Shown: in pieces, positions 40,247-53,950 of the stretch
How the letters are laid out: the number at the start of each line of letters is the position of its first letter
Position numbering within the stretch: the stretch's first letter is position 1
NCBI GenBank assembly: GCA_028534125.1
Contig: CM052817.1
Coordinates: 60,576,001-60,640,000, forward strand
Direction: 5' to 3'
DNA: 64,000 nucleotides
DNA from: Lama glama
Lineage: Eukaryota
Translations under genes and position numbers: made by a program
The notes under the pieces: model-generated
Databases searched by the model: none
What the model was told of the DNA's origin: nothing
What the model saw: only the letters and a program-made list of their open reading frames with translations

Positions 40247-40819
40247 ACAAGAAATTCTATATGTCATTACAAAAATAAGGAATTGACACAAGACTATGCT
40301 TGAATGAGTAGTTTTAGGATTCCTAATTTCTTATTTTCTATCAAGTCTAAATTTCCCAGAGAAATGACAAAGGATTATACTATTTTTAAATCTTTTGACA
40401 TAGTTGGTACTAAGAAATGAATCACATGCTTTTAAGGTAAAGAAGCAGAAAGTTTTAGTTAAAAACATCAAGAATCGTTCATATGAAACAGCAAGTTCAC
40501 ATTTGATGAGACGTTACAAATAATTTAGAAGCATTTAATATTCTCTGGATCTTAGAGGAACTCACTGTTTGGCCTTTGTTCCACAATATTTTTGTTTCCA
40601 TGTGGACTGATACTTTATAATTCATGTTCCCATGACTTATGTCATTGTAAGATCAAGCAGTGTACTCAGCTTCTTCTGAATGTACTATTTAACAAAAGAG
40701 TAAATGATATGCAGTAATTTTTCTTATTGGAAGTGCTTCAGCCTATTTCATTGCCTTTTCTCCACCTACTCTTCTCTCCCCAGTATACTCATACTAAAAG
40801 CCACTTGGCATATACTGCG

Positions 40820-41020
40820 GATTACTGGATTTATAGTCAAAAGATATCAGCTCAAGTTCCACCTTTTCTACTTAATAGATTATTGAACTTATGGAAGCCA
40901 AGGAGCTATTCTGAACCTTGATTTTTCTGTCTGTAAAAGAGGAATAATAAAACTGGCCACACAGGGTTATTATGAGAGTAAATTGGTTAAGTATGTGAAA
41001 GCAGTTAGTAAAGTGCTGAG
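40820..41020 (+). mobile_element. MIR SINE
   Basis: ttttctgtctgtaaaagaggaataataa...cacagggttattatgagagtaaattgg. Confidence 0.7.
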
Positions 41021-41900
41021 TATTTCTGAATATAAGATGTTATATCTCTGCAGTGGAAAATGCTGTGTAAAAAAAAAAAAGAAAGAAAAAATAAGCATGA
41101 GTGATCATGAAGGCATAATTAATCATTGTCATCAATCTTTAGATTTTTGTGGAAAATTATTTAAAGGACCCTAAGGCAGACAAGCAAAACATAAACTGCA
41201 GAGTCATGACTTTTAGTCCCACCCACTGTTACTTTAATTTGAAAATCTGCTAATGAGAATAACAACTCTCCTGCCAGTGAAGATGGTGCTTCTTAGAGGA
41301 AAAATGAACACAAATAATTGTTACCAAAAAGAAAACACCCAAATTATAAACTGTACAAAGCTTTTAAAGTCTGTGTGTCAGTTACATTGTCTTGCAGAGA
41401 TCGTGTTTGGTTTCAGGCTAACTTTAAATAGGCTCTATGTGTTAATATATAATTAAGAAAATACTCTAAGAATAGCCCGGAAATGTCATTGTGCTTAATT
41501 TTTTGCTAAGAACATTTTCCGAGTTTTTGCTACTTGAAGACCTCCAGCATTTGGAATCCCCACGGAGGTTTAAGCTTTCCTGAGGCCTCAGCCTTTGAGC
41601 CTCCTGAATCTAGAGGCAAAGTTAGGGGCAAGAGGAGTGAGCTTGATAAGAGGCTCTCCTGGGCAGGCACTCACAGCAAGGAGATGGGAAGGGAGTCGAT
41701 GGCCATCTCTTATAGCTCCCTCAGCCATGTCTGAAGAGGGCTTCTTGTGAGTGTTAATAAACCGTAAAGTTTGGTCCAATGCTCCAGGCAAAAATGTCGA
41801 CTCTGGCTGAGGAAATTTCCAGTGGATACTATATAAAATAAACTGAAAGTCTCAGTAAAATATAATAAGTGCCATGTAGTAACTACTACGTTGGAAGTAC

Positions 41901-41931
41901 ACAGTATAACATTGTGGTTAAGAACACTGTC
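41901..41931 (+). mobile_element. MIR 5' end (remainder at 45380-45600)
   Basis: acagtataacattgtggttaagaacac matches the first bases of the MIR consensus. Confidence 0.7.
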
Positions 41932-44900
41932 CCTGGAGGAGCTCCACTTCTGAGATGGGAGTTTGAGGGGTTTCACAGACCCACTCCCCAGCAAAATAAG
42001 CCACACTGCAAAGAAAACTGAATAAATATATAAAACAATTAAACAAAACCATTTAAAGTCCTTGGACATTTCCAAGGGCATACAGGAGATGAAGTAACAC
42101 TTACTCAAGAAAATCTACCAAAGCTTAGTAAAGATAGTAAGCTTGACATCTCAGCCTCTCCTGCTCCTTCTCTTCCACCTCACTCCCTGCCCTGCTCAGC
42201 CTGGTGGAAGCTCCATTCCAAGCAGGTTTGGCCAAGAAGACAAGGCTTCCTCTCCCTGAAAAAGTCCCAATAAGTTAAGTTAAGTTATCTCACTTGGAGG
42301 CTGTTTGCATTTTTCATACATCCAACTGCAATGTGAAAAGTCTAAATTTCTAGTGAATGTGATCAAGAGTTTGTGGGCTCCATTTCTCCACCCGGCTCTG
42401 ACTCATAAGATGCAGTCTTCATGCCAGGAGTGGCAGGCCTAGAATACTGGGACCTTGATTGCCATCACTCCAGCTTACTCCAAGGGCAGAGGTTCCAGGC
42501 CATCTGAAGTAAGTGGAGAAGACCAGAAGCTGCCACCCAACTCAGTACCCAGAGTAGTAGCAGAGATTTTGTCCAGGGGAGAAGCAGTCCACAAGAAAAG
42601 AGAGCACTTAAGCATTCTCTAGTTATTTGAATCGGATCATGAGGAAGTTCAAGTCTATGGCTCCTCTTAATTAAAAGCAGCAAGTAAATCATAAGCCAGA
42701 TAATTCACCAGAGTAAACCAGAAAATGAGATAGCTAAGAATATCCCTTCTGAGATCAGAATAAATTTTAAAGCCTGATCACAAAAATGACCCCTACCAAA
42801 ATTTATTTTCTTCAAACTATGAGGAAATCCAGGACATTGCTGAAAGCAGTAAAGCAATCAACCAGTAATTAGTGGAGCTTAGGCCTTAGTGACTACAATG
42901 AATATGACACAATATGAATATGGATACAAACATCCTCTACAAAATGCTAGTAAACTGAATCTGGCAACATATAAAGGGGACTATTCACCATAATCAAGTA
43001 AAATTTATCCCAGGAGTACAAGTTTGTCTCAACTTATGAAAATCAATGTCAGATACCATATTAATAAATAAAGGAATAAACCTAAATGATCATCTCAGTA
43101 GATGTAGGAAAAGCATTTAATAAAAATCTAATGCCCTTTCATGATTAAAAAAAAACCAACAGTCAACAGTCTAGTAATGGAAGGAAAGAAATTTCCTAAA
43201 CTTGAAAAAGAGCATCTATAAACCCACAGCTAAGATCACAGTAATGGTGAAGTGCTGAACACCCCCTCGAGTCCCCTGCAGTCAGTGACAAGGCGGAGAT
43301 GTCAGTTCTCACTGTTTCTGTTCAGCATTGTGCTGGAGGTTCTAGCCAGCCCAATTAGGCAAGGAAATTAAATAAAAGGAATGAGGTTAGAAAGGAAGAA
43401 GTAAAACTACCTCTATTTTCAGGTGACATAGTCTTACATGTAGAAAACTCTAAAGAGGACACACACAGAGACTAATAGAGTTAATAACTGGGTTCAGCTG
43501 GTTTGCAGAGTACAAGATCAATTTGCAAAAATCAATTTTATTCTGTGCACTAGCAATGAAATGTCCAAAAAGGAAATTAATAAAGCATTAGTAAAGCATT
43601 TTCATTTAAATATATCAAAAAGAATAAAATAATTAAGAAAAAGCTTAATAGAACAACTGCAACATTTGTACACTGAATGCTACAAAATTTTGTTGAAAGA
43701 AATTGAAAAATCCTAAATATATGGAGGGATATCCTGTAGTCATGGACTGGAAGACTCAGTATTGTTAACATGACATTATTCTCCAAACAGATCTACAGAT
43801 TCAGTGAAATCTCTATCAAAATTCTTCTTGTGTGTGTGTGTTTTTTTTTTTTTTACCATAATAGACCAGCAGAATCTAAAATTCACATGGAAATGCAAGA
43901 GAATCAGAATAGGGAGAAAAAATAAAGAGATAAAGAAAAAACGAAAACAAGCACAGTTGGAAGATGCACATGTCTTAATTTTAAAACTTACTAGAAGGCT
44001 ACAGTAATCATACTTGTTTAGGATAGACATTTAGATCAGTAGAGTAGAAAATGAGAGTCCAGAATTAACCCATTTTTCTGTGGGTGTCAAAGTCATTCAG
44101 TAAGGGAAAGAATAGTATTTTCAACTGGATATCCACATGTAAAAGAATGACTCTAGACTCTCACTTAAAATCATGTACAAAAATTAACTCAAAATGTATC
44201 ACAGACTGAAATATTCAAGCTAAAACTATAAAACTCTTAAAAGAGATCATTATATATAGATATTTGTGACTTTATTTTGGCAATAGATTCTTAGATATGA
44301 CACTCAAAGCACAAAAAACCAAAAACATAGGTAAATTAGATTTCATCAACTTGAAAAGTGTCTATGTCTCAAAGGACAGAATCCAAAAAAATTAGAAGAC
44401 AACCCACTACATGATAGAATATATTTGCAAATTATGTGTCTGATAAGGGACTTGTATTTAGTATATATAAAGAATAAAATTGTAACAAAAACTCAATGTG
44501 AAAAAGAAAAATAAACTAATTAAAAATGGGCAAAGGATCTGATCAGCTTTTCATAGAAGATGTATAAATGGTCAATAAGCATATTAAAAGATTCTCAACA
44601 CCATTTGCCGTCATGGAAACACAAGTCAAAATCACAGTGGACTACCACTTCATAATCACTGGTATGGCTATAAATCAAAAGGACAGATATGTTGGCAAAA
44701 TTGTGGAGAAATGAGAACCTTTATATGTAACTGATGGGAATGTAAAATAGTACACCTGCTTTGGAAAACTGTCTGGCAGTTTCTCAAATGATAAAACACA
44801 GACTTTACTGTATGACTCAGAAATTCCACTCTAGGTATACTCCCAGGAGAAATGAAAATGCATGCCCATACAAAAACTTGTACACAATTGTTCATAGAAC

Positions 44901-45379
44901 CTTTATTGATAACAGCCCAAAATGGAAACAACCCAAATGTATATCAACTGATGAATGGATAAAAAAAAGTGGTATACCAATAAAGTGGAATATTGTTTGT
45001 CAATAAAATAAAATGAAGCACTAATAACATGGTACATGGATGGACCTCAAAAACATGCTAAGTGAAAGAAGCCAGTTACAATAGATCACATCTTATATGA
45101 TTCCACTTATATAAAATGTCAGGAATACACAAGTGCATAGGGACAAAAAGTAGGTTGGTAGTTGTCTAAACCTGGGAGAGATTAGGGGACTGAGAAATGA
45201 TGACCAGTGGGAACTGGATTTCTTAAGGGATTATAATATTTTAAGGGGTTATAATATTTTAAAACTGATTGCAGTGATAGTAACATGTCTGCAAATGTAC
45301 TCAAGCCATTGAATTGTACACTTTGAATGGATGAATTATATGGTATGTAAATTATATCTCAATGAAGCTATTTTAAAAA
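41932..45379 (+). mobile_element. L1MB-like element: 5'UTR joined to the ORF2 RT/C-terminal region and 3'UTR; decayed; sense to GRID2
   Basis: 5'UTR-like 41932-42895. From 42914 reads MNMDTNILYKMLVN (cf. L1 ORF2 MNIDAKILNKILAN). L1MB-type 3' end gaattgtacactttgaatggatgaattatatggtatgtaaattatatctcaatgaagct. Degenerate TSD AAGAACA..GTC. Confidence 0.85.
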
Positions 45380-45600
45380 AAGAACAGAGTCTGGAACCAG
45401 TTTATATTTAAATACCCAGGTCTCCTCCTACCTGTGAATTGAGGCCAAGTATTTAAACCCTCTATGATTCTGTTTCCTCATCTGTAAAGTAGAGATAACA
45501 ATATTATCTCTCTCAAAGATCTGTTATGAATATTAAGGAAACTAGTACATGCAAAGAACAAAGGACTTCTAACAGAGCCTGGAACATAGGAAGTGCTAAT
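45380..45600 (+). mobile_element. MIR body, continuing the MIR begun at 41901
   Basis: ggccaagtatttaaaccctct...ctgtttcctcatctgtaaagt...aacagagcctggaacatagg. Confidence 0.8.
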
Positions 45601-48600
45601 GTAGGTGTTCGTGCTTATGATGCAGAGTGTTAAGGGAGAACATGAAAGAAGCATCTATCTCATGGGTAGAGCAGTAGAAAGGGCTTAAAGGATCACACAG
45701 ATTGGTTTTGAATAGACAGGGATTATCAAGGCATGGATAAAAGGGAAGGAATATCCCACAATGTAAAGAGTACATGCAAAAGTCTGCAGACATTACAAAT
45801 TTAAAGTATACTATAAGTAAATTGGAATATCACCTGAGGTAAATGAAATTGAAATGTAGGAAATCCCAGCAGCCTGTGTATAAGATGTTCTTTTTTAAGA
45901 GCTCCTTTAGAGACAGTTCAGTTAGAGATTCGTCTGTGAACATGAGGTTAGCATTACATAATTTAGATAATACATATCAACAAGGTAAAATTACCATTGT
46001 TGCAACTCTGATCTACCCTGCAGGTTAGCTAAAATGGTTCTCATTTGTATTATGGAAACAGTGTAATCAGTCGATATAGCTCTATATGATGTACGGATTT
46101 TGTTTTCTCTTCTGATGATTGTACCCATCTTATGTGAGAGAAAAAGGGGAAAATGTGATTTTTATAAACAGACACTTGAGGAAAACTGGCCTATGCAAAC
46201 AGTAATTTGTAGCAACACAGGAGCATGTGTTCACTTCAATGCTGAGTAAATAAAATCATCGTGAGAATTGGTGCATAACGATGGCATGACGATTTCTTAT
46301 TCTTTCCCATCACACCAATTCTTAAGATGGTAGCTGTCATGTAGACATGTGAGTATCACTATTGCACTGAGGTAACAATACGTCAACTTTTTTTCCTTTT
46401 GGAAGATGAAACCTGGATTATTAAACTAAACAATGAATAAATAGTTCAGAGATGTGTTATATAATTTATTTTTAAAAATAGATTTATTGCTTGTCTCTAG
46501 AAATTTAGAAAGATACTGACATAAGTCATTTGCAAATTCAAAGATGTAGAAACAATAAGTCTATATTGACTTCTATAACTTCTCAATATTCCAACATATC
46601 GTATATTCCAATATATTATAATATACTATATTTTACTTTCAGTATTGTATTATAGCACTGCATCTGCAAGAAACCCAAATGTTAAGGTGACCTTGAAGTT
46701 TTAAGGTATCTTTTGTCAACGCAGTAGTTTTGGCATAGTGACAAAAACACAAAACCAGTTCTATATACAATTCCTCAGAAATAAAGATGAGTATAAATAT
46801 GAAAAGTAGATGCTTCTGACATAGATATTACTTCTTAGAGTTACAAAGGACTGTATTAATGAGTTACAAACATTAAAGCTTACACATAATGTTACTAGCC
46901 AGCATCTAGGACACACTTAACTAATAAATTTTATTCTTGATATTTTGATCTCCGTGAAGCCCTCAAGATCATTATTTGCATTTTGTTGATATGGCTGAGA
47001 CTCAGAACTAGTTAAATGACTTCAGGTTACATTTGTGGTAAAAATAAGTATTGAATTCTTGTTTGTCTGACTCCCCACCTGCCATGATGGAGGGATAAGA
47101 ACTAAACTAAAACTTTCAGATTTTGGTCAACAGATGAAAAAGGACTTGGATTTCTAAGAGATTGAAACAACTAAATGATTTCAACAATAACCCCAGATCT
47201 TTGGTTGGTGGCAGTTTACATACTGAAGGCACAGGCATGTAGATCCAAAAGAGACTGTCAGCTTTACTGAGCTGAGAAGTTAGAGATCAAAGTATGTGTA
47301 GGCTGAGGAGGTTGGTATTTGGAGGGATGTGTTCTGGAAAAGAGAGAGCTACCTGAAGAGAATACGTACAGAAATTAACATACAGGTCCTTTTGAGTCTT
47401 GGCTGAGTACTGGGTCGTACGTACATACAGAGAAACTCTACGATGCTGGGCTAAGAGTGACAAAAAGCGAATCAATTTACTATTTTGTTTTTTTACAAAC
47501 TAGAAATATAAACCTTTATTTCACAACTTTTTCATAATTCACTTTCTAATGAGGGACATAGTTTAAAATACTAGAGACTTTTGAGAAAGGTTTCAATTTG
47601 AGAGGATCTTACTGTACCACAACTTTAAGTAGATATATGAAAAACATTTACCTTTGAATTATGTAGTAATTAATTAATATTTAGGTGAGCAAACATATAC
47701 ATACAAGGTAGGATACTCCCACATATCTTGCTATTTTGGTGTTTTAAATGTTGCCCTGACCTCTCAAAAGGTTCAGCTTTTCATTAGGGCATTGCATATT
47801 CATTTGCCACCTCTAAACCCCATTAGTTTGTTGATGTTTCTGTTTTACAGCTGACATAAATTAGAGTTGAGTAAACAGATGCAAAAGAAAAAAAGTCACA
47901 GAAAGTTGTTTTTGTTTACATCTTACAAATCTTCCCAATCAGGAGGGAAAAACAATATTTTGAATTATAATGTAATAATTAGGTTGCAGTTTACAAAGGA
48001 AATAAATCTTAAGAAAACCTTATATGTAATTCCAGTCCCTGACAAAGAGCCAGGGAGTCAGATGGCTGCCTTATCAGTGAGGTAACTAGGCCTCGAGTGG
48101 CATTTGGATTCTTTCAAAGGCACAGTAACAGGTTTTGACCAATAGGGGACCATTCATCAAATCACTATCTATTACACTTAACAGGACTCGAGGGTAGTCT
48201 GAAGTGAGAAAAGATACCTCCAAAAAGCACCCAACATGGGAATAGCTTACTCATCTGCCAGCTTCTGGAACACAAACAGCTATTGAAATTCAGCTCCCTC
48301 TGGGGAGGTAGGAGGCAGTCAAGGAGAGAAGCACCATCCTGCTTTGGGTTCCAGAAATGGAAAAGTTGGTCAAGGAAAGGAAGGCAAACACATGCTCTTT
48401 CATAATACATCCCTTGGGGTTTTTTATGATCAGTTGAAATATACAGAGGTTTGGATTTTAAGGTGTCTTTTCACATCTTCTCCATGTAAACTGTGTACTA
48501 ATTATTTTAACCTAGAAACAAAAAAGCCATCATGCTGGAAGGTGCATTTGTGATTCTTGCATGTTTTAAAACTTTGAGCAAAAAATTGCAGGTTCTCTAT

Positions 48601-49910
48601 GTGATGGAAGTTAGCATGAGGAAATGATCTTTACATTTTTAGGGTTTTTTTGGGTAGGTTTGAAGGGCTTTTTTTTTCTTTTCTCTTATTTATTTTTAAC
48701 CATTACTAGTGGCATGAAAGGGGAAAGTGAAATGTTTGTACTCATTTTTTTCCCATTGATTCTTATGTAGGGTAACATAGTCTGTAGTTCAATTAAAAAT
48801 AACAAGCTGCTATGTTGTTCTGAGCCAAATGTAATCGCCAAGACCATGGTCAATAAAACACTCAAGAAAATGAAGTATTGAGGCTGAATAGTCTGAAGTC
48901 TACTGGGGAATAAAGAAGCAACCGATTAGCATTTGAAAGCAAGGTCTTTTAATTTTTTAAAAGTCAAGGAGAATTAAAAAAAAAAGTGATCACTCATCAA
49001 GAACAAAGAGTTTGAAAAATACCTCACCTATGTTTTATGAGTCCTTTCAACTTTTAAGAATGACCTTTGGTCATCAGCTCCAAGAACAAGATGCTTTTCT
49101 GTACATGTAATAATGTTACATTTGGGAATACACTCCTAGTTTATCTACTGAGGAATGCAGGAATAAACAGGACCAATGCTTAGTGTTTTGTCTCTCTAAG
49201 TAAGATTTGCTCCGGCCAATGAAAGATGTTATGGGTGGTAAGTGTTACATCTGGTTTTAGGATAAACATTCCAGTTTATTATGCAATAAAATACAGTGGT
49301 GGAAAAAAGTTTCATACATCTTTACATTTTTCAATAAATTATGAGAACCTCCTTCTAATTCCATAATACGTGTCCCCATAATTAATTCAGTACCTAATAA
49401 GTCCATCTCCGCATTCCTGATCAGAGCTGGCACAGAAGTTTTTTTTTATGCCTTTTTATTAATTTGAATAACACTCCTAGTAATCTTCTTTTCTATACTT
49501 ATTAATTCTTGAAACACAGAATATTGTCTTTGCAGCTTTAAACTCAGACTTCTCAACAATCTGTACATCCCCACAGATTTGTTTCTTGCTTTTAAATATC
49601 AGCACCTTCTGCTTTCTACTCTTAATGTTTCTGCCCTCTATGCAGGAGATCTTTTCTTTTAAGTTTCCTACTGTGCTTCGTAATGAAATCAAAAGAAAAA
49701 AGTATATCCTCCAGAAAGCATTCAGGTCACTAAAAATAGAAAACCTGTCACCTTATTCCTAAAACCTTAGATCAGGCAGGCCAGTGGCAGAAATAGTGAG
49801 TGCAGTTTCTACAAAAGGTCTAGAGTGGTGTTAGCCAAATTATGATGATCTTGTTATCTCCAGATGTCCTTTGAAGAAAAAGACTTCGTTCAAAAAAAAA
49901 GGTTTGATGC

Positions 49911-50314
49911 TGTTGGGAGGCTTCCCCTACCCTCTTAGGTGCATATATTTGGGGCCTGCAAATCAACTGACAGCAGGAAAAAAGTCAAGATTTGTTTGCA
50001 TGTGCACATGGCAGTCACTCAGCAATTCAGCAATGAGTAACTTGCTGGATATCCAGAGGTAGAAGATATCATACCAATTAACAAGAGGGTAAGGGGTAGA
50101 GTTCAGGGTCCGTTGTTGGTTTTGTGTGTGTGCTAATGGGAATGAGAAGTCTGTCTCCTTCCAGGAATTTGCAGGAATCTCTCTCCTTTGGAGTCAGTTT
50201 AATGGCAGCTGCGTCTTCAGGAGGCTCTGCTTTAGTTAGGTATGGGAAGGTCAGATAAGATTTCAAATGTTTTCACTTTAAAATAATCTTTATGCCAAAA
50301 CTTTCATCCCATCA
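49911..50314 (-). mobile_element. ERV1-class (MER41-like) solo LTR
   Basis: TG...CA bounded, about 400 bp; ggggcctgcaaatcaactgacag and cttaaaataatctttatgccaaa motifs. Confidence 0.6.
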
Positions 50315-50544
50315 ATATGCTGACCAAAGTTGAAGTATGACTTAGAAGAAAGTATAGATAGCTCTACTTAGAAATGAAAAGGAATTTGGAGATATAGAGA
50401 GGACTAAGAGACAGAAAGGGATTGGTTTTGATACTATCATGTGTTCAAAGACTGTAGCCCAAGTTCTTTCTCTTTGATACGCCATGTAATTTCTGTACCT
50501 CCTCCCCAACCCCAAACACACATACATACCCAAACGCTGGTGAA

Positions 50545-50780
50545 GGCAGTCTAAATTCATGGTTAAGAATACAGGCTTTAGCATCAGACAACATTGCATT
50601 CACAGTTTTTCTTACTAGTTTATAAGCTTAGATACATAACTTATCGACTCTACCCCCAAATCTCAGTTCTCTCATTTGTGAAATGACAATAACAGTACCA
50701 GAGCATTCCAAGAATTAAATGAGGTAATGAATAGAAAGTGATAAAGATGATAACAGGCATAATGTAAGTTTTTGATGTTA
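50545..50780 (+). mobile_element. MIR SINE
   Basis: atggttaagaatacaggctttagcatcagac...ctcagttctctcatttgtgaaatg. Confidence 0.75.
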
Positions 50781-50849
50781 TTGTTGTTTTATTTGCTTCC
50801 TCCCTGAGCCTGAAAATAGGCTTTAGATAAAAAGTGTTCTTTTACCCTG

Positions 50850-51330
50850 AATCCCCCTTATTCTACTAATTCTTTCTAATGCAAAAGTCTCAGACTCCAG
50901 TTCTGTCTCCACTTCATCATGTATGTTTATCCTCAAACCACTGGCTTCTATTGGCTTTCATTTTGACTTCTCCAAAGAAACTGCTTTTCAAAATGTGTTC
51001 ATGATCTCCTACCTGACCAATGAAATGGATGCTTTCAGGCCTTATCTCTGTGGACTTCTCACCTGTGCTGAAGTCCACCAGCAATTAGTTCCTTCTTGAA
51101 ATCCTGTCCTTTCTTGCATCCCCCAACAATGTCTTCCCCTCATTTTGCCAGATCTCTGTTCCTTCTGCATCCTTCATTGGCGTCTCTTCTTCCAGAGTTT
51201 CATCCCTAACCCCTTTCTATCCTTTACACCTGAATGACTTCATTTACTGTCTTGAAAATTATAAATAGATTTTTATTTCCAACTTTGGTCTCCCCTTCAT
51301 GCTTCAGACTCATTTATCCAACAAATGTTG
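50850..51330 (+). mobile_element. L2 LINE internal fragment
   Basis: aaaccactggcttc...gaaactgctttt...ttccttcttgaaatc...cttcagactcatttatccaac. Confidence 0.65.
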
Positions 51331-51623
51331 AAAGAAGTATTACATATTCAATGACAAAAACTTAGAAAATGTGGAAAACAAAAATTAACAACAAAATCAT
51401 CATAATCCCTCCATCAAAAACTTAACTATATTTTAATGTCTGTCACTTACTAGCTAAACAAAATTAAGTTATTTTATCCATAAAAATGGAAGTAATTATG
51501 GTTCTAAACTCATAAGACTGCTATACATAAATTTGCAAAAAGCATCTGCAAGTGCCCAGCACTCAGCAAGTCCTGTATGGATGTTTGCAATTATTTTTAC
51601 ATTAAAAAATTTTAAATGCACAT

Positions 51624-51960
51624 TGTTATGTACTGAATGTTTGTGTCCCACCAAAATTCATATGTTGAAGCATAATTCCCAATGCAATGGTATTTGGATG
51701 TGGAGCCTTGGAGTAAGTAGGTCATGAGAGTGGAGCCCTCATGAATTAGATTAGTGCCCGGACAAGAAGAAACATGAGAAAGATGATCTCTCTGCTTTCT
51801 GCCTTGTGAGGCAGAGAAAGCAAGCTCTCATCAGACACTGGATCTGTCGCCACACTGATCGTGGACTTCCTAGCCTTCACAGCTGTGAGAAATAAATGTT
51901 TGTTGTTTAAGCCACCCAGTCTATGGTAATTTGTTATAGCAGCCTGAATTGACTAAGACA
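51624..51960 (+). mobile_element. MLT1A-like solo LTR
   Basis: tgttatgtactgaatgtttgtgtccc...aataaatgtttgttgtttaagccacccagtctatggtaatttgttatagcagcc...gactaagaca. Near-TSD CACAT/CACAC. Confidence 0.9.
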
Positions 51961-53099
51961 CACACACACCCCCCCATACTCATGAGTAGTTTGTACATTT
52001 TCTTCCCATTCAGCAATATACACATGAATATTTTAATGTAAATATTCTTTATAAAGCAGATGTGGTTAGTGGTTTTTTTTCAGCCACTTAATTAGTTATC
52101 TTTACAGGTGCCCCCAAATTCCATTAATTTATTCAGAGTTATATAAAATTCCAGGAATGCCAACTGAAACTCAACATTTTCATGTCTCATTTACTGAAAT
52201 ATTTTGGAATGCAAAGGAACGTAATGTTTTTACAGTGATATTTTGAATCTCTCTGTAAGACAGACAAAGAAAAACAAACCAATCCCAAACTTTAAAATAT
52301 TCTTCCTGGTTTAAAAAAAAAAAACCCTCCTATGGCCCAATTCGAAGCAAAAACTATGTTATCAGGGCATTGAGACACTGAGATTGACAACTGAATATAC
52401 TGTGTAGTAGTCTATCATACAGATATTTTAAAAAAAGCAGTCCCTAATCGTTGGTTATTTAGTTTGTTTTCAAGTTCTCACTAGGGAAGTTGCAGTAAAC
52501 ATTCTTTTAGATACATACCTATGCTCACTTATGACTACCTCCTTAGATATAAAATTACCAGAAGAAATAATATGAAAATTGGAAGATACTTGCTTCCTAC
52601 TGTGAATCTGTTTGCTTAAAAAGCTGTACCAATTTTAACTTACATAAGTGGTGTATAAGAAAATCTGCTTCCTCAAATGTTTGCTGATAAACATTAACAT
52701 TCTTTTTAATTCTTGCCAATCTGATGAGCTATAAATAAAACAACTCATCTTATTTTAATTTGTATTTCCCGAAAGTGTTTTCAGAGAACAAAATAAGTAA
52801 TTCACCCTTAATGTTTGCTGTTGAACTTTGTCCTTTTAAAATGTAAGCTTTAAAGATTATGATGATTTTAATGATTGTTATTTCTTCTAATAAATATTGT
52901 TTTTCTTTTAGCTGATTATATGAGTCACAAGTATGCAGGGAAAAAAAGGGCACATTTTTCTTCTATTAAATTTGAATGTGTATTAATTTTGTATTTAGGG
53001 CTGTAGATTTGTACAAGATAGTATCTTTGATTCTGTATTGAACATTCACCCTGAGGACTTTGGTCTATTGATTGAAAATTTTAGTCCCTCTAATAGAAT

Positions 53100-53950
53100 T
53101 ATGATGCATACTCCCAGTGAAAAACATGCAGGTAAAGTCTTAGGAGTCCATATTCTTCTAAAGACTGAGGCCACCACTGAGGGTTTCCAGGAAGTTGGCA
53201 TAGCATTACATCACTTCTCACTGAGTACTTACAACCCCACATCCAAAATATCAGGCAGTTCCATCAGCTCTACCTTCAAAAGATACTCACAATCCAATTG
53301 CTTCTCATCAAGTCCATTTTACTGCCTAGCTCACTGCTTTATTGCAAAGGACTCCTAACTGTTCTCCTAGCTTTCATCCTTGCCCCTTCCAGTCTATTGT
53401 CAATAGCAATGATCAACTGTCTAATAAAGTGTTCAAACATAGCAGATCACAGCCCCCTTTGCTCAGAGCCCGTCAGGCTGCCCATCTCAGTCCAAGCAAG
53501 CACTAAAGTCATCACGGGGACTTAAAGGTACTGTTTAAGCTCCACCAACACACACCCCCATTTACCTCTCAGACATCTCCTGTCTGAGCCTAGCTCCCTC
53601 AGTTCCTGCCACACAAGTGTCCTGTCTCTCAGTCATGTCAGAGAGACTCCTGCCTGACACGTTTGCCCTCACTCTGTCTTCAGTCTGAAATGCCCTTTCT
53701 ACAGAAGCCCGTCCTACTTAAAGTTACACTTTCTCACGTGCTCTTTTGTTCTTATTATTTGTTTCATTTTCTCCTACAGTCCTTATCATCATCTGACCTA
53801 ACATATATATCACTTGTTTTGTTTACTGTCTATCACTCCCATTAGAATGTAGGTCTGCAGGGATAGAGATGTCTGTTAATTGTTTGCTTTGTCTTCTGTT
53901 GTATTTCTAGTGTGCGCCTGGCATTAACACTCCTGAATGACTGAATAAAT
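53100..53950 (+). mobile_element. L2a 3' portion
   Basis: accccacatccaaa...gctctaccttcaaaagata...cattagaatgtagg..., ending tgaatgactgaataaat. Confidence 0.8.

Noticed and set aside
42914..45010. L1 ORF2-like ORF fragments as an active or domesticated RT
   Set aside because: Many stops and frameshifts; a decayed copy.
45223..45258. 18-bp imperfect tandem duplication
   Set aside because: Ordinary slippage within an L1 3'UTR.
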